Source of the DNA: Candidatus Iainarchaeum sp.
GTDB taxonomy: Archaea > Iainarchaeota > Iainarchaeia > Iainarchaeales > DTGL01
Direction: 5' to 3'
NCBI GenBank assembly: GCA_026413945.1
Contig: JAOAJX010000001.1
Location: 139,116 to 203,115, forward strand
DNA: 64,000 bases
Each line of letters opens with the position of its first letter. Positions within the stretch are counted from its first letter, which is position 1. Position numbers and translations under genes: made by a program. Shown piece after piece: positions 11,903 to 22,252 of this stretch. The notes below the pieces were generated by a model. The model saw only the letters and a list, made by a program, of their open reading frames with translations, was not told the origin of the DNA and searched no databases.

Positions 11903-12616
11903 CTATTCTATAAATTGCCTGTATTCAAAGCGATTGAACTTATAGAGCAGCCGCCTTATTTTAATACCATTAACTGAGAAGTCTTGAAAAAGATTGAAAA
12001 TATCACCCGAAAAATCTTCAAATTCATGGTTTTGCGTAGCATCTAAAAAATATGTCTTGTTTTTGTAGTCAAACATAACAAACGCATGCGTCCTAAGATC
12101 TTCTAATTCTGCTATCGTTACACTTGCATTTTCACAACCAAGAGCATAAAGTATTGAGCAAAGGAAAACAGCCATATCCTCATCATCAGCTATTTTATTT
12201 GACAGTATTTCAGTAGGCGTTAACCAAAAATTAATATCAACATCAGGACTAACAAAAGCAACCTCTCTCTTAACAAAGTCAAATGCCTTTTTTGCTGCAA
12301 AAAGAAAGTCTTTTTCATATTGGTAATTATCTTTTTTAAACTCTTCAGCTAGTGACTGAACTGTCAAATCATCTTTGTTTATAAGGCCTTTAATCTCACC
12401 AACTGTTTTGGTTTCCCTCTCGTTTATCATGGGGGCATATTTCTTTAGCAAAAGTCGATAAAGTTTTAGCTTTAATCCTTTATCTGAAAATTCGAATATG
12501 TTAGAAGAACCCACCTTGGCTTTAAGATCAGCAATATGTCTATCCTTTTCTTTTATTTCTTTTTGAAGCTTAGAGATCTTTGATCTGAGTTCAACACAAT
12601 CCTTACAGTTAGCCAT
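11903..12616 (-). CDS. Coiled-coil plus transglutaminase-like domain protein, catalytic Cys apparently absent
   Basis: N-terminal CxxC and coiled coil; FWLTP.E...ADDEDMA...HAFV...LDAT resembles GDCED/HAW/LDPT; start uncertain (12616 or 12676). Confidence 0.6.
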   Translation of the reverse strand: MANCKDCVELRSKISKLQKEIKEKDRHIADLKAKVGSSNIFEFSDKGLKLKLYRLLLKKYAPMINERETKTVGEIKGLINKDDLTVQSLAEEFKKDNYQYEKDFLFAAKKAFDFVKREVAFVSPDVDINFWLTPTEILSNKIADDEDMAVFLCSILYALGCENASVTIAELEDLRTHAFVMFDYKNKTYFLDATQNHEFEDFSGDIFNLFQDFSVNGIKIRRLLYKFNRFEYRQFIE

Positions 12617-12741
12617 ATATACATAATTAGATGCGAAAGCCCTTAAAACTATTTCCATTCTGCCTTCTGTGAGCATGGCTTATTTATTGTTCATTTACAT
12701 AAAAACATATTTTTTTAAATGAGAGAACCTAATTTAGATAC

Positions 12742-13542
12742 ATGGCAACTGTTGCTAAAATATTTGATAAAAACAAACTTAAAAAAGCACTCAGGCGCTT
12801 TAGGCACCAAAAACTTAAAGAAATAGATTCTGAAATAATGCAAAAGGTTCCATTTAAAGATTTTGAAAAAATAACTAAAAGCGAGATAAAAAAGATGAAA
12901 AATCTTTGCTTCAAAAACAGAAGCGAGCAGCTTGGCTATGAAATGCTCGCAAACATTTGCAATGAACTGCTAAAACAAAACAAATCACAAATAATATTTC
13001 TCGAATCCATTGAAATTACTCTTAAAAATGATTTTTTGAATAGGTCAATAACAATAAGAGAATACCGCGAGATGGTTTTTCCAATAAGAGAAAAGATTGA
13101 ATACTTGAAATGCAAAAACACAGAGCTCGAAAAAACACTTTCTGAGGCCCTGGATGGTCTAGCACTATTCAAAAGGCTACCTAGTTTTGTCAGTGCTATG
13201 CATGAAAGAAAAACCGCTGCAGCTAAAACAAGTTTGACACTGTGTGGAATATTTGAAAAGATAAAAATTGATCAGCTTTCAAACTTGGAAAAAGAAATAA
13301 TGCTAAAATATGGGCTTACAGAACAAGATATGAAAAAATTTACAAAAAAATCAAAAACACCAAATCTTAGCATTTATGAACTCGAGAAAAAAATTAAACG
13401 CGCTCTTTCACTAGCTGATAGAAATGAGTTGATTCTAAACAGAGAAAGAGAGCGAGTAGCCGAGCTCTTAGCTGAGCTTAGGAGACATAAAAAAGGCAAA
13501 ATCAACAAGAAATCCAGAAAAATTTCCGTTATCTTGCTTTGA
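12742..13542 (+). CDS. Hypothetical basic helical protein
   Basis: 266-aa ORF filling the gap; K/R/E-rich; no motif recognised. Confidence 0.65.
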   Translation: MATVAKIFDKNKLKKALRRFRHQKLKEIDSEIMQKVPFKDFEKITKSEIKKMKNLCFKNRSEQLGYEMLANICNELLKQNKSQIIFLESIEITLKNDFLNRSITIREYREMVFPIREKIEYLKCKNTELEKTLSEALDGLALFKRLPSFVSAMHERKTAAAKTSLTLCGIFEKIKIDQLSNLEKEIMLKYGLTEQDMKKFTKKSKTPNLSIYELEKKIKRALSLADRNELILNRERERVAELLAELRRHKKGKINKKSRKISVILL

Positions 13543-14023
13543 ACTTTTTATATAACGTCTCTTGAACATTTTCAGGTACAAGATCTTTTAAGCAAGCACC
13601 CATTGATGCAAGCTCCTTTACCGTGCTAGAATTCACATAAAAATACTTGGGGCTTGTCATGATAAAAACAGTGTCAATATCCTCACATAGCTTCCTATTT
13701 ATAATGGCTTGCTGAAACTCATAGCTAAAGTCGCTCATCTCACGAAGGCCTCTCACTATAGCTTTTGCACCTCTTTTTATCATATAATTCACTAAAAGAC
13801 CATCAAAAGAATCAACTTCTACATTTTTTATATAAGCCAATGCATCTCTTGCCATTCTTACTCGCTCTTCAACTGTAAAAACTGGTTGCTTTCTTGGATT
13901 GTTTGTTATGGCAACTATAACCTTATCAAAAATATTGCTAGCTCTTTTTATAACATCAATATGGCCTAAAGTTATTGGATCAAAAGTGCCAGGATAAACC
14001 GCAACCCTTACTCTTTCTCTCAA
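13529..14023 (-). CDS. coaD: Phosphopantetheine adenylyltransferase, bacterial type
   Basis: YPGTFDPITLGH, RGLR..SDFSYE, SSTVKE. Confidence 0.95.
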   Translation of the reverse strand: MRERVRVAVYPGTFDPITLGHIDVIKRASNIFDKVIVAITNNPRKQPVFTVEERVRMARDALAYIKNVEVDSFDGLLVNYMIKRGAKAIVRGLREMSDFSYEFQQAIINRKLCEDIDTVFIMTSPKYFYVNSSTVKELASMGACLKDLVPENVQETLYKKFKAR

Positions 14024-14580
14024 GATCTCACCTTTGCAATAATTTCTCTGGCAATTCTTTTTAATTGTTTTTTGCTTTTATCCCCATTAACTACAAAATT
14101 AGCTTTTTTTATTTTTTGATAAAGAGGCATTTGCGACCTTATCCTTAAAATTGCCTCTTCTTTAGAATACCCGCGCTTAATAAGGCGTTCCATTTGCTTT
14201 TTTCTTGAAGCACGAACTACAACAACATAATCAAAAAGATTTTCAATGGACCCCTCATACAGTAAAGGGGCTTCAACAAAGATTGTTTCATTTCTTTTCA
14301 AAGAAGCAAGCTCTTTCTTCAATTTTCTCAATATCCGTGGCTGCAAAATGCTTTCAAGAATCTTTCTTTTTTCATAGTCTTTAAATACAATCTTTGCAAT
14401 CTCCTTTTGCTCAGCAGTTCCAAAGCTGCGCTTAAGTTCTTTTTTCACAATAGGCATGTCATAAACGCTCTTTGCAATATCATCACAATCAATACATTTT
14501 TCGCCAAGCTCAATTAATTCAGCCATAAGCGCACTTTTCCCACATGCAATATTTCCAGTTATAGCAATTTTCATCATCAT
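14020..14580 (-). CDS. coaE: Dephospho-CoA kinase, bacterial type
   Basis: ITGNIACGKS, DCDDIA, EAPLLYE, RIRSQMP; overlaps coaD start. Confidence 0.9.
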   Translation of the reverse strand: MMMKIAITGNIACGKSALMAELIELGEKCIDCDDIAKSVYDMPIVKKELKRSFGTAEQKEIAKIVFKDYEKRKILESILQPRILRKLKKELASLKRNETIFVEAPLLYEGSIENLFDYVVVVRASRKKQMERLIKRGYSKEEAILRIRSQMPLYQKIKKANFVVNGDKSKKQLKRIAREIIAKVRS

Positions 14581-15866
14581 TACCTTAGAGTTATCTCGTA
14601 ACCAAAAATAGTAGAAAGCATTTTTGAAAGTTCTGCCTTTTTACTTTCAAATTCTTTGTTTGAGGTTAGAATATTATCTCTAGTTTTATCAATCTCAAGC
14701 AAAATATCTTTAAGGTCCCTTTCAGCCCTAGAAATCTCGCCTTTATGCTGCGATATTTGTAAACCTATTTTGTTATTCCTAAGCTCTTTTTCAATTTGTA
14801 ATATTCTTGCATCAATCTCATTAATAGGCCAAAAATACTCGCCAAAAAAGTCTTCCTTCAACAGCTTTTCGATAATGGGTAACTGTTGTTTCTTCTCTTT
14901 GTCATCAAGCTTTAATGTGCCTACCTCAACCGCATTTTTTAGCTCACCCAAAACTTCTTTTATAGTATTTCCTTTAGGATCCGACTTCAAAGCAGTATCA
15001 AGATCTTTAATAATCTTTTCAATGTTTTTCATCTTCTCATGGTTAATTTCATAGTTGCCCTTTTTACATATGCTATAAAACTTCTTCAGGAGTCGTCCAA
15101 CTGATAGAAAATCGCCGACCAGATGCTCTTTTATTTCAACCTTTCTTTTTTGCAATTTTTCCATCTCTTCCTGTAATGAAAGAGCTTTCTTTGCTTGTTC
15201 TGAATCAAGTAATGTGTTGAGCTGCGATCTTAATGAACCAATGTGCTCTTCAATAACCTTTCTTTTTTCTTCAAGTTCTTTCAATCTTGACTCAAGCACA
15301 ACTATTTTTTGTTGGCTATTCTCAACATCTAAAATCTTTGAGTCAATAGTATTAGAGAAAAGCAACCCATTTTCTTCAATGATTTTTCCTAAAGCGTTCA
15401 ATTTGCTCGAAATAGAATCTAAGCGCCTTCCAATTTCATACATGCTTTTTGGAACGCCTGCTGAAGCATAAGCTATGTTTCTTCTGCTTCTAAATACACT
15501 CTTTTGAATGGCAGCACTGGCTGCTTCATAGTACTCTTTGATCTTAATTACATCAGATTCTAATGGCGGTTCCAGTTTATCTAACAGAGGCCTTATGCTA
15601 TTAATAAATCCCTTCTTGCTTGTCTGAACAATTTTTTTAAAAGGCCCATCTTCAATGTCGGGAAGTTCTTTTTCTAATTCGACAAAAGTAGCACGTGCCT
15701 CAGCAACATCAATTTTTATATCAGAAATAATGCTTTGCAACTCTTTTCTTATGCTTTTTTTGAGCCTTTCTTCATTGAGCATCTTTTTTGCTTCATTAAT
15801 GCCTATCTTTGCAACCTTCTTTTTTTGCCTAAAAAAGAAGCCGATTATATTTTTCAAAAAGCCCAT
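14580..15866 (-). CDS. Hypothetical long coiled-coil protein
   Basis: 428 aa, E/K/L heptad pattern; stop overlaps coaE start. Confidence 0.75.
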   Translation of the reverse strand: MGFLKNIIGFFFRQKKKVAKIGINEAKKMLNEERLKKSIRKELQSIISDIKIDVAEARATFVELEKELPDIEDGPFKKIVQTSKKGFINSIRPLLDKLEPPLESDVIKIKEYYEAASAAIQKSVFRSRRNIAYASAGVPKSMYEIGRRLDSISSKLNALGKIIEENGLLFSNTIDSKILDVENSQQKIVVLESRLKELEEKRKVIEEHIGSLRSQLNTLLDSEQAKKALSLQEEMEKLQKRKVEIKEHLVGDFLSVGRLLKKFYSICKKGNYEINHEKMKNIEKIIKDLDTALKSDPKGNTIKEVLGELKNAVEVGTLKLDDKEKKQQLPIIEKLLKEDFFGEYFWPINEIDARILQIEKELRNNKIGLQISQHKGEISRAERDLKDILLEIDKTRDNILTSNKEFESKKAELSKMLSTIFGYEITLR

Positions 15867-15961
15867 ACAAAAGAATAATGCAAAGGAGTAAATATATTTA
15901 ACCTTTTTATTGGAAAATAGCCTGATAAATATTTTAAAGAACCAACATTTAAATTAGATAA

Positions 15962-17398
15962 ATGGAATGCAAAAATAACAAACAAATAGCAACTATTACT
16001 AAACACGCAGAGATACTTGCAAACAAGATATCTTCTCATAACAGAATAATAATTGTCCATCATTATGATGCTGATGGCATTGCTAGCGCAGCAATATTGG
16101 CAAAGGCGCTTCAGGATTCCGGAAAAACCTTTTCAGAAATATCAATAAAGCAACTCTACAAGGATAGTTTAAATGAAATACTCAAAAAAGGAGAGCCAAA
16201 AGAAGATTTTTTTATTTTTGCTGATTTTGGCTCTTCACACTTAAATGATATTGAAGATTTCTTTGGTAACAATTTTGCAATCATAGACCACCATCAGCCA
16301 AAGTGCCCAAGATCAGATAACTTTTTGAATTGTTGGCATTTCGGCCTTGACGGATCAACTGAAGCATGTGCTGCTTCACTATCCTATATTTTGGCAAAAT
16401 CATTAACTAAGCCCGAAGCTTTAGCAAATTTTGCTCCTTTGGCCATAGTTGGTGCACTTGGTGATATTCAAGATAGTGTGGGTGCATTAAAAGGTCTTAA
16501 CAAAGCAATCCTTGATGAAGCAAAGTACAAAGGCAGTATAAAGATTACAAAGGATTTAAGACTATATGGGCGCTACACACGACCTTTGATACAGTTTATA
16601 GTCTACTCTACTGATCCAATAATCCCAGGATTAACAGGCAATGAGGAAAACACAACCAAATTTTTGCTTGCGAACGGCTTTGAGCTAAAGCGTAATGGGG
16701 TTTGGCTTTGCTATGAAAACCTATCATTTGAAGAAAAGCAAAAGCTCGCAACTGCATTGATCATTTACATGCGTTCCATAGATATGCCGGAATGGAAAAT
16801 AAATCGCCTAGTAGGGGAAGTTTACACATTAACAGAAGAACCAGTCGGGCCTCTTAAGGATGCAAAGGAATTTGCAACATTGCTCAATGCTTGTGGCAGA
16901 AATAATTGCCCAGAAATTGGCTTCGAGATTTGTTTGGGTGATAGGGGCTATTTTTATGAGCAAGCTTTAAGCATATTGGCTGAACATAGAAAAAAACTTC
17001 GCGAAGGTCTTGAGCTCATGCTAGAAGAAGGGCTTCAGGAAGCACGGCACTTTTACTATTTTAATGCTGGTAGCCGCATAAAAGATTCATTGATAGGCAT
17101 AATAGCTGGAATGCTCTATTCCAGTAATTTAATCTCAAAAGAGAAACCAATAATTGCTTTTGCCAACCAAGATGATGGCTTTGTTAAGGTTAGCGCTAGA
17201 GCAACCCACGAGCTCACTGAAAAAGGATTAAATCTCGGGCTTTTGATGAGGTCTTGCAGTGAAGAGCTCGGATTTGACTCCGAAGGTGGTGGACACCAAA
17301 TCGCGGCAGGTGCAAAGATACCTAAAGATAAACTAAACGAATTTATAGAATTGCTAGACGAGAAATTGGATAAGAAAAACAAGTTTATTAAACATTAG
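15962..17398 (+). CDS. DHH/DHHA1 phosphoesterase, archaeal RecJ/Cdc45-like
   Basis: HHYDADG, ADFG, IIDHH, GALGD, LNACGR, KVSAR, GGGH..AAG. Confidence 0.9.
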   Translation: MECKNNKQIATITKHAEILANKISSHNRIIIVHHYDADGIASAAILAKALQDSGKTFSEISIKQLYKDSLNEILKKGEPKEDFFIFADFGSSHLNDIEDFFGNNFAIIDHHQPKCPRSDNFLNCWHFGLDGSTEACAASLSYILAKSLTKPEALANFAPLAIVGALGDIQDSVGALKGLNKAILDEAKYKGSIKITKDLRLYGRYTRPLIQFIVYSTDPIIPGLTGNEENTTKFLLANGFELKRNGVWLCYENLSFEEKQKLATALIIYMRSIDMPEWKINRLVGEVYTLTEEPVGPLKDAKEFATLLNACGRNNCPEIGFEICLGDRGYFYEQALSILAEHRKKLREGLELMLEEGLQEARHFYYFNAGSRIKDSLIGIIAGMLYSSNLISKEKPIIAFANQDDGFVKVSARATHELTEKGLNLGLLMRSCSEELGFDSEGGGHQIAAGAKIPKDKLNEFIELLDEKLDKKNKFIKH

Positions 17399-17414
17399 AC
17401 ACAATATTAAAATT

Positions 17415-18479
17415 ATGGCTTATGATGCTATGAAACTAATCAGCAAAAGGAAAGAAATTATTGATAAAGAGCTTGAAGCATTATTTCCAAGGTATGCTAA
17501 AGAGTGGATTGAGAGAGCATTGGGAAAGCCAAAATATTTTTATGATACTAGAACAGTGCAATACGGATTAACTGAGCAGATCTGGGAGTTTCTTAATAGG
17601 GGTGGAAAGCGTTGGAGACCAGCACTTATGATTTCAGCATGCAAGGCCCTAAATGGTCCGGAAAAATTAGCTGCAAAATTTTCTCCACTAATAGAGTTTG
17701 TCCATGAGGGTACGCTGCTGGTTGATGATGTTGAAGACAATGCTGATTTAAGGCGCGGAAAACCAGCAATGCATAAAATCTATGGCATTGACTGTGCAGT
17801 CAACACCGGCAATGCAATGTATTTCATACCACTTGAAATACTTTACAAAAATGAACTTAAACTTACTGAAAAAAAGATTGTGGAAATATACAACATATAC
17901 GCCCAAGAGATGCTAAGGCTAAGTGTTGGACAAGCAATGGATATTTGGTGGCATAAGGGAAAAAACAAAGCAATAAGCGAACCCGCTTACCTGCAGATGT
18001 GTGCTTATAAAACAGGTGTGCTTGCAAGATTTGCAGCTAAGCTTGGTGCCATACTTGCTGATGCTAAAAGGTCACAAGTGGAAGCATTAGGCAACTTTGG
18101 TGAAGCCTTAGGTGTCGCTTTTCAGATACAAGATGATATTCTAAACATTGCTCCAAAAAGCGAGCATTGGGGTAAAGAAATAGGTGAAGACATAAGCGAA
18201 GGTAAACGCACACTTTTAATTATAAGGGCAAAAAAGGTTTTGCCGAAGAGAGAAGCAAAGTTGCTAGAATCAATACTTAATTCACATACAAAAAACAAAA
18301 AAAAGATACTAAAGGCAATTGCATTAATAAAAAAATCTGATGCAGTAGTTTATTCAGCAAAAAAAGCCAGACTCATAGTTGAAAAAGCATGGGCTGATCT
18401 CGAGAAAAAGATTCCTGAGAATGAAGGCAAACAAGAGCTAAAGGCATTTGCCGATTTCGCAATAAATAGGAATATCTAA
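17415..18479 (+). CDS. Polyprenyl diphosphate synthase (probable GGPP synthase)
   Basis: GGKRWRP, DDVED..LRRG, GQAMD, KT, FQIQDD, GEDISEGK. Confidence 0.92.
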   Translation: MAYDAMKLISKRKEIIDKELEALFPRYAKEWIERALGKPKYFYDTRTVQYGLTEQIWEFLNRGGKRWRPALMISACKALNGPEKLAAKFSPLIEFVHEGTLLVDDVEDNADLRRGKPAMHKIYGIDCAVNTGNAMYFIPLEILYKNELKLTEKKIVEIYNIYAQEMLRLSVGQAMDIWWHKGKNKAISEPAYLQMCAYKTGVLARFAAKLGAILADAKRSQVEALGNFGEALGVAFQIQDDILNIAPKSEHWGKEIGEDISEGKRTLLIIRAKKVLPKREAKLLESILNSHTKNKKKILKAIALIKKSDAVVYSAKKARLIVEKAWADLEKKIPENEGKQELKAFADFAINRNI

Positions 18480-18485
18480 GCTTAA

Positions 18486-19499
18486 CTAATCTGATTCTTG
18501 CTCTATTATCTCAATAACATCTAATTCAACACACTCACACTTAGTCCCAATAATTTCTGAAATGCTCGGCTTTGTGCGCAAATTATCCCCTGAGATGAAT
18601 TCTTTTACATAAAGGCCAGAATCAGCAACAATTTCTATAATTAAAGAATTGCCTTCAATATGTGCAGATCTTACTTCAGCCTTCTTTTTTCTGACCAAAT
18701 CCGGGCGTCTCCTTAAAACACGCAATGGTGTTCTTTGCTTTATTTCGTATTTTCCAATTACAATATCGGTTTTTTCCAAAGGCCCCTCACAAACTACCTT
18801 TGCTCTATAAACTTTTCTGCTTTTTTTAGATTTAATATGCACAACATAATCTTTTTCACAGTACTCTAAGCCAAAAACTTCAATTTTTTCCTTTTCACAA
18901 TTGTTTATTTTTGCTTCTAACCATTTTAGGTCAACAGACCTTTTCTTCGGACTTATAATTTGCATAACAAACTCCCTGCCATTACCAAGCATCCTTACAT
19001 CCGCATCCTCCCTACCAGCACCATGCATTTTAGCACCCTCCGCATCAAAAGCAGGGATGAGGTGCTTTGAAATTAGTTCCTCTACCGATTCATTGCTTAA
19101 AGTGCCAACACCTTTGCACTCTTCACAGCCAGAGCCCTTGCATCTGAAGCAGTAATGCTTTGTTTGGTAAATTTTAGCGTATTTTTTGTATCTTCCTTTC
19201 ACATAAACAGAGTGAACAAGAAAGTATACTAAGTCTTGGTTAAAGTTTATCAAAATCTCAATATCAGGCCTTAAGTAATCTGCTTTCTTCCCAAGAGATT
19301 CTTCTAATCTCCTTACTATTAATGGCTGAAATTCTTTTCTCAAAATTTCTTTTCCTTCGTTGCTCAAATAATCTTCAAAGGTGCAACCAACAAGGAAACC
19401 GCTAAAATCATACTCTTCTAAAGCCTTTGATATTTTGGAGCAAAGTTTTTCTATTAATTCATGGTTAAAGCCATCAAACTCAAACCTTATTGGTTCCAT
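18486..19499 (-). CDS. pus10: tRNA pseudouridine(54/55) synthase Pus10
   Basis: HGAGREDADVRMLGNGR, QRTPLRV, GLYVKEFISGD..RTKPS. Confidence 0.93.
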   Translation of the reverse strand: MEPIRFEFDGFNHELIEKLCSKISKALEEYDFSGFLVGCTFEDYLSNEGKEILRKEFQPLIVRRLEESLGKKADYLRPDIEILINFNQDLVYFLVHSVYVKGRYKKYAKIYQTKHYCFRCKGSGCEECKGVGTLSNESVEELISKHLIPAFDAEGAKMHGAGREDADVRMLGNGREFVMQIISPKKRSVDLKWLEAKINNCEKEKIEVFGLEYCEKDYVVHIKSKKSRKVYRAKVVCEGPLEKTDIVIGKYEIKQRTPLRVLRRRPDLVRKKKAEVRSAHIEGNSLIIEIVADSGLYVKEFISGDNLRTKPSISEIIGTKCECVELDVIEIIEQESD

Positions 19500-19535
19500 C
19501 TTAAAAGTAATGAAAGTAATGTTTATATGCCTGCA

Positions 19536-22220
19536 CTATCTTTTCTTTCCCTTTTTTTTCTTGAGCAAACCTTGGCTTTTTATTGTAGCTTGAGCAGCAG
19601 CAATTCTCGCTACTGGGACTCTAAAAGGAGAACAGCTTACATAATCAAGGCCAATTTTGTGGCAAAACTCAATAGAAGGCGGATTTCCACCATGCTCGCC
19701 GCAAATACCAAGCTCTATTTTTTCATTTGTTTTTCTTGCTTTTTCGACAGCCATTCTCATTAGCTCACCGACGCCTTCTGTATCAAGCCTGGCAAATGGG
19801 TTTTCAAGCAGTATCCCCTTTGCAATATACTGTGGCAAGAACTTTGGCTCAGCATCATCTCTTGAAAAACCAAAGGTTGTCTGTGTTAAATCATTAGTGC
19901 CAAAAGAGAAAAACTCGACATGCTTGGCTATCTTATCTGCCACCACACAAGCGCGAGGCAACTCAATCATTGTCCCAACTTTATAGCTAATCCTTAGACC
20001 CTCCTTTTTCATGATGTCTTCTGCCTTTTTTCTCACAAGGTCAGCCATTATTTCAATCTCTTTCTCTATGCCAACAAGAGGTATCATTATCTGCAACTTT
20101 ACCTTATAACCTTCCCTTGTTGCTTTTGCAGCTGCCTCAAAAATTGCCTGTACCTGCATTTCATAAACTTCAGGCATTGTTATGCCAAGGCGTACCCCTC
20201 TATGACCAAGCATTGGATTTGCTTCAGATAATGCCCTTGCTTTTTCAAGAAGGATTGCCTTTTCCTTTATCTCTGAGAGCGAAATATTTTTTTTGCATTG
20301 TTCACATTCAAGAACTCTTATATCCTTCAACAAGGCGTCTTTGCTGGGCAAAAACTCATGCAAAGGCGGATCTAAAAGGCGTATAGTTACTGGCAAATTG
20401 TTCATTATTTTGAACATCTCATAAAAGTCTTGCCTTTGCATTGGCAAGAGCTTTTCCAAAGCTCTCTTTCTTTCTTCTGTTTTTGTTGCAATTATCATCT
20501 CTTGTACAACAGGAACTCTTTCCTTTGCCATAAACATATGCTCTGTTCTGCAAAGGCCTATGCCTTCTGCACCGAATTCCCTCGCTTTTGCAGAATCTGT
20601 GGGATTATCTGCATTTGTTTTAACTCCAAGAACTCTTATTGAGTCAGCCCAAGAAAGAAGTGTTTTTAGCTCACTGCTTATCTTTGGCTCAATAGTTGGC
20701 GCTTCACCAAGTATTACATCTCCAGTATTTCCATCTATTGTAAGAACATCAAACTCTTTTATTATTAAAGCCCCAATACGTGCTTGCTTATTTTCAAGAT
20801 CAATCTGCAATGCCTCGCAACCAGCAACACATGGCTTTCCCATACCACGAGCTACTACTGCTGCATGGCTCGTCATGCCCCCTCTAGAAGTTAAAACACC
20901 TTTTGCAGCAATAACACCATGAATATCTTCTGGTGTAGTTTCGGGTCTTAATAGAAGAACTTTTTCATTGTTTTTGCCCATAGCTTCAGCAATATCAGCA
21001 TCAAACACCACTTTTCCAGATGCTGCACCAGGGCTTGCCGGAAGGCCTTTCGCAATTATATTCAGCTTAGCCCCAGGATCAATTTGTTTGTGCAAAAGCT
21101 GGTCAATCTGCTCTGGCTTTATCCTCATTATAGCCTCCTCCTTGCTTATGAGGCCTTCTTTAACCATATCAACCGCAATTTTTACTGCAGCCATTGCAGT
21201 TCTTTTTCCATCTCTTGTTTGCAATATGTAGAGCTTCCCATCTTCAATGGTAAATTCAACGTCTTGCACATCTCGGTAATGTGCCTCTAACTTCCTAACA
21301 ATCTTTTCAATTTGTTTATAAGCTTTTGGCATCTCCTTAGCAAGTAATCTTATATCATTAGGTGTTCTAATTCCAGCGACAACATCTTCGCCTTGAGCAG
21401 CTATTAAATATTCACCATAAAGACCTTTAGCGCCACTAGACGGATTTCTAGTGAAGAGAACTCCTGTAGCAGAGTTATTATTCTTGTTGCCATATACCAT
21501 CATCTGTACATTAACTGCGGTGCCAATGTCATCAGGTATACCTTCAAGCTTTCTATACGTTATCGCCCTTTTGCTATTCCAAGAGTTAAAGACAGCATTT
21601 ATGGCCTCAAATAGCTGCAGATAAACATCTTGAGGAAAATCTTCATTTGTTTCTTGAGCATATATTTTCTTGAATTTTTCAACAATTTTTTTCATTTCTT
21701 TTGAGTCAAGCTCAGAATCATATCTTAAGCCAAGCTCTTTTTTAGCATGCTCAAGCACGGAATCAAATTTTTTAGGGTCGATTCCCTTCACTGTTTCGCC
21801 AAACATTTGTATGAGACGCCTATAAAGGTCATAAACAAAGCGCTCATTTTTGGTTTCTTTTATCATCTGCTCAGCAACTGCATCATTGATTCCCAAGTTA
21901 AGGATTGTGTCCATCATTCCTGGCATCGAAATAGGTGCACCACTCCTAACTGAAACGAGAAGCGCAGGTGAGCCACCAAACTTTCTCTTTGTTTTCTTTT
22001 CTAGTTTTTTTATTGAATCGAGGACCTGTTCTTTCATTCCTTTTGGATATTGGCAATTGTTTCTTAAGAAATGAATGCAAGCTTTTGTTGTTATTATAAA
22101 GCCTTGTGGCACCGGAAGACCCAACTTTGTCATTTCAGCCAAGTTTGCCCCTTTGCCACCAAGCAAAAATTTTTTTTCTTTGGAGCCCTCTGAAAAGGCA
22201 TACACATATTTCTCAACCAT
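19536..22220 (-). CDS. ppdK: Pyruvate, phosphate dikinase
   Basis: GGKGANLAEM, SMPGMMDT, GGMTSHAAVVAR, GLCRTEHM, SFGTNDLTQ. Confidence 0.97.
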   Translation of the reverse strand: MVEKYVYAFSEGSKEKKFLLGGKGANLAEMTKLGLPVPQGFIITTKACIHFLRNNCQYPKGMKEQVLDSIKKLEKKTKRKFGGSPALLVSVRSGAPISMPGMMDTILNLGINDAVAEQMIKETKNERFVYDLYRRLIQMFGETVKGIDPKKFDSVLEHAKKELGLRYDSELDSKEMKKIVEKFKKIYAQETNEDFPQDVYLQLFEAINAVFNSWNSKRAITYRKLEGIPDDIGTAVNVQMMVYGNKNNNSATGVLFTRNPSSGAKGLYGEYLIAAQGEDVVAGIRTPNDIRLLAKEMPKAYKQIEKIVRKLEAHYRDVQDVEFTIEDGKLYILQTRDGKRTAMAAVKIAVDMVKEGLISKEEAIMRIKPEQIDQLLHKQIDPGAKLNIIAKGLPASPGAASGKVVFDADIAEAMGKNNEKVLLLRPETTPEDIHGVIAAKGVLTSRGGMTSHAAVVARGMGKPCVAGCEALQIDLENKQARIGALIIKEFDVLTIDGNTGDVILGEAPTIEPKISSELKTLLSWADSIRVLGVKTNADNPTDSAKAREFGAEGIGLCRTEHMFMAKERVPVVQEMIIATKTEERKRALEKLLPMQRQDFYEMFKIMNNLPVTIRLLDPPLHEFLPSKDALLKDIRVLECEQCKKNISLSEIKEKAILLEKARALSEANPMLGHRGVRLGITMPEVYEMQVQAIFEAAAKATREGYKVKLQIMIPLVGIEKEIEIMADLVRKKAEDIMKKEGLRISYKVGTMIELPRACVVADKIAKHVEFFSFGTNDLTQTTFGFSRDDAEPKFLPQYIAKGILLENPFARLDTEGVGELMRMAVEKARKTNEKIELGICGEHGGNPPSIEFCHKIGLDYVSCSPFRVPVARIAAAQATIKSQGLLKKKKGKKR

Positions 22221-22252
22221 ATTAAATCACCTTCAAATTGTGTTTTTATCAA

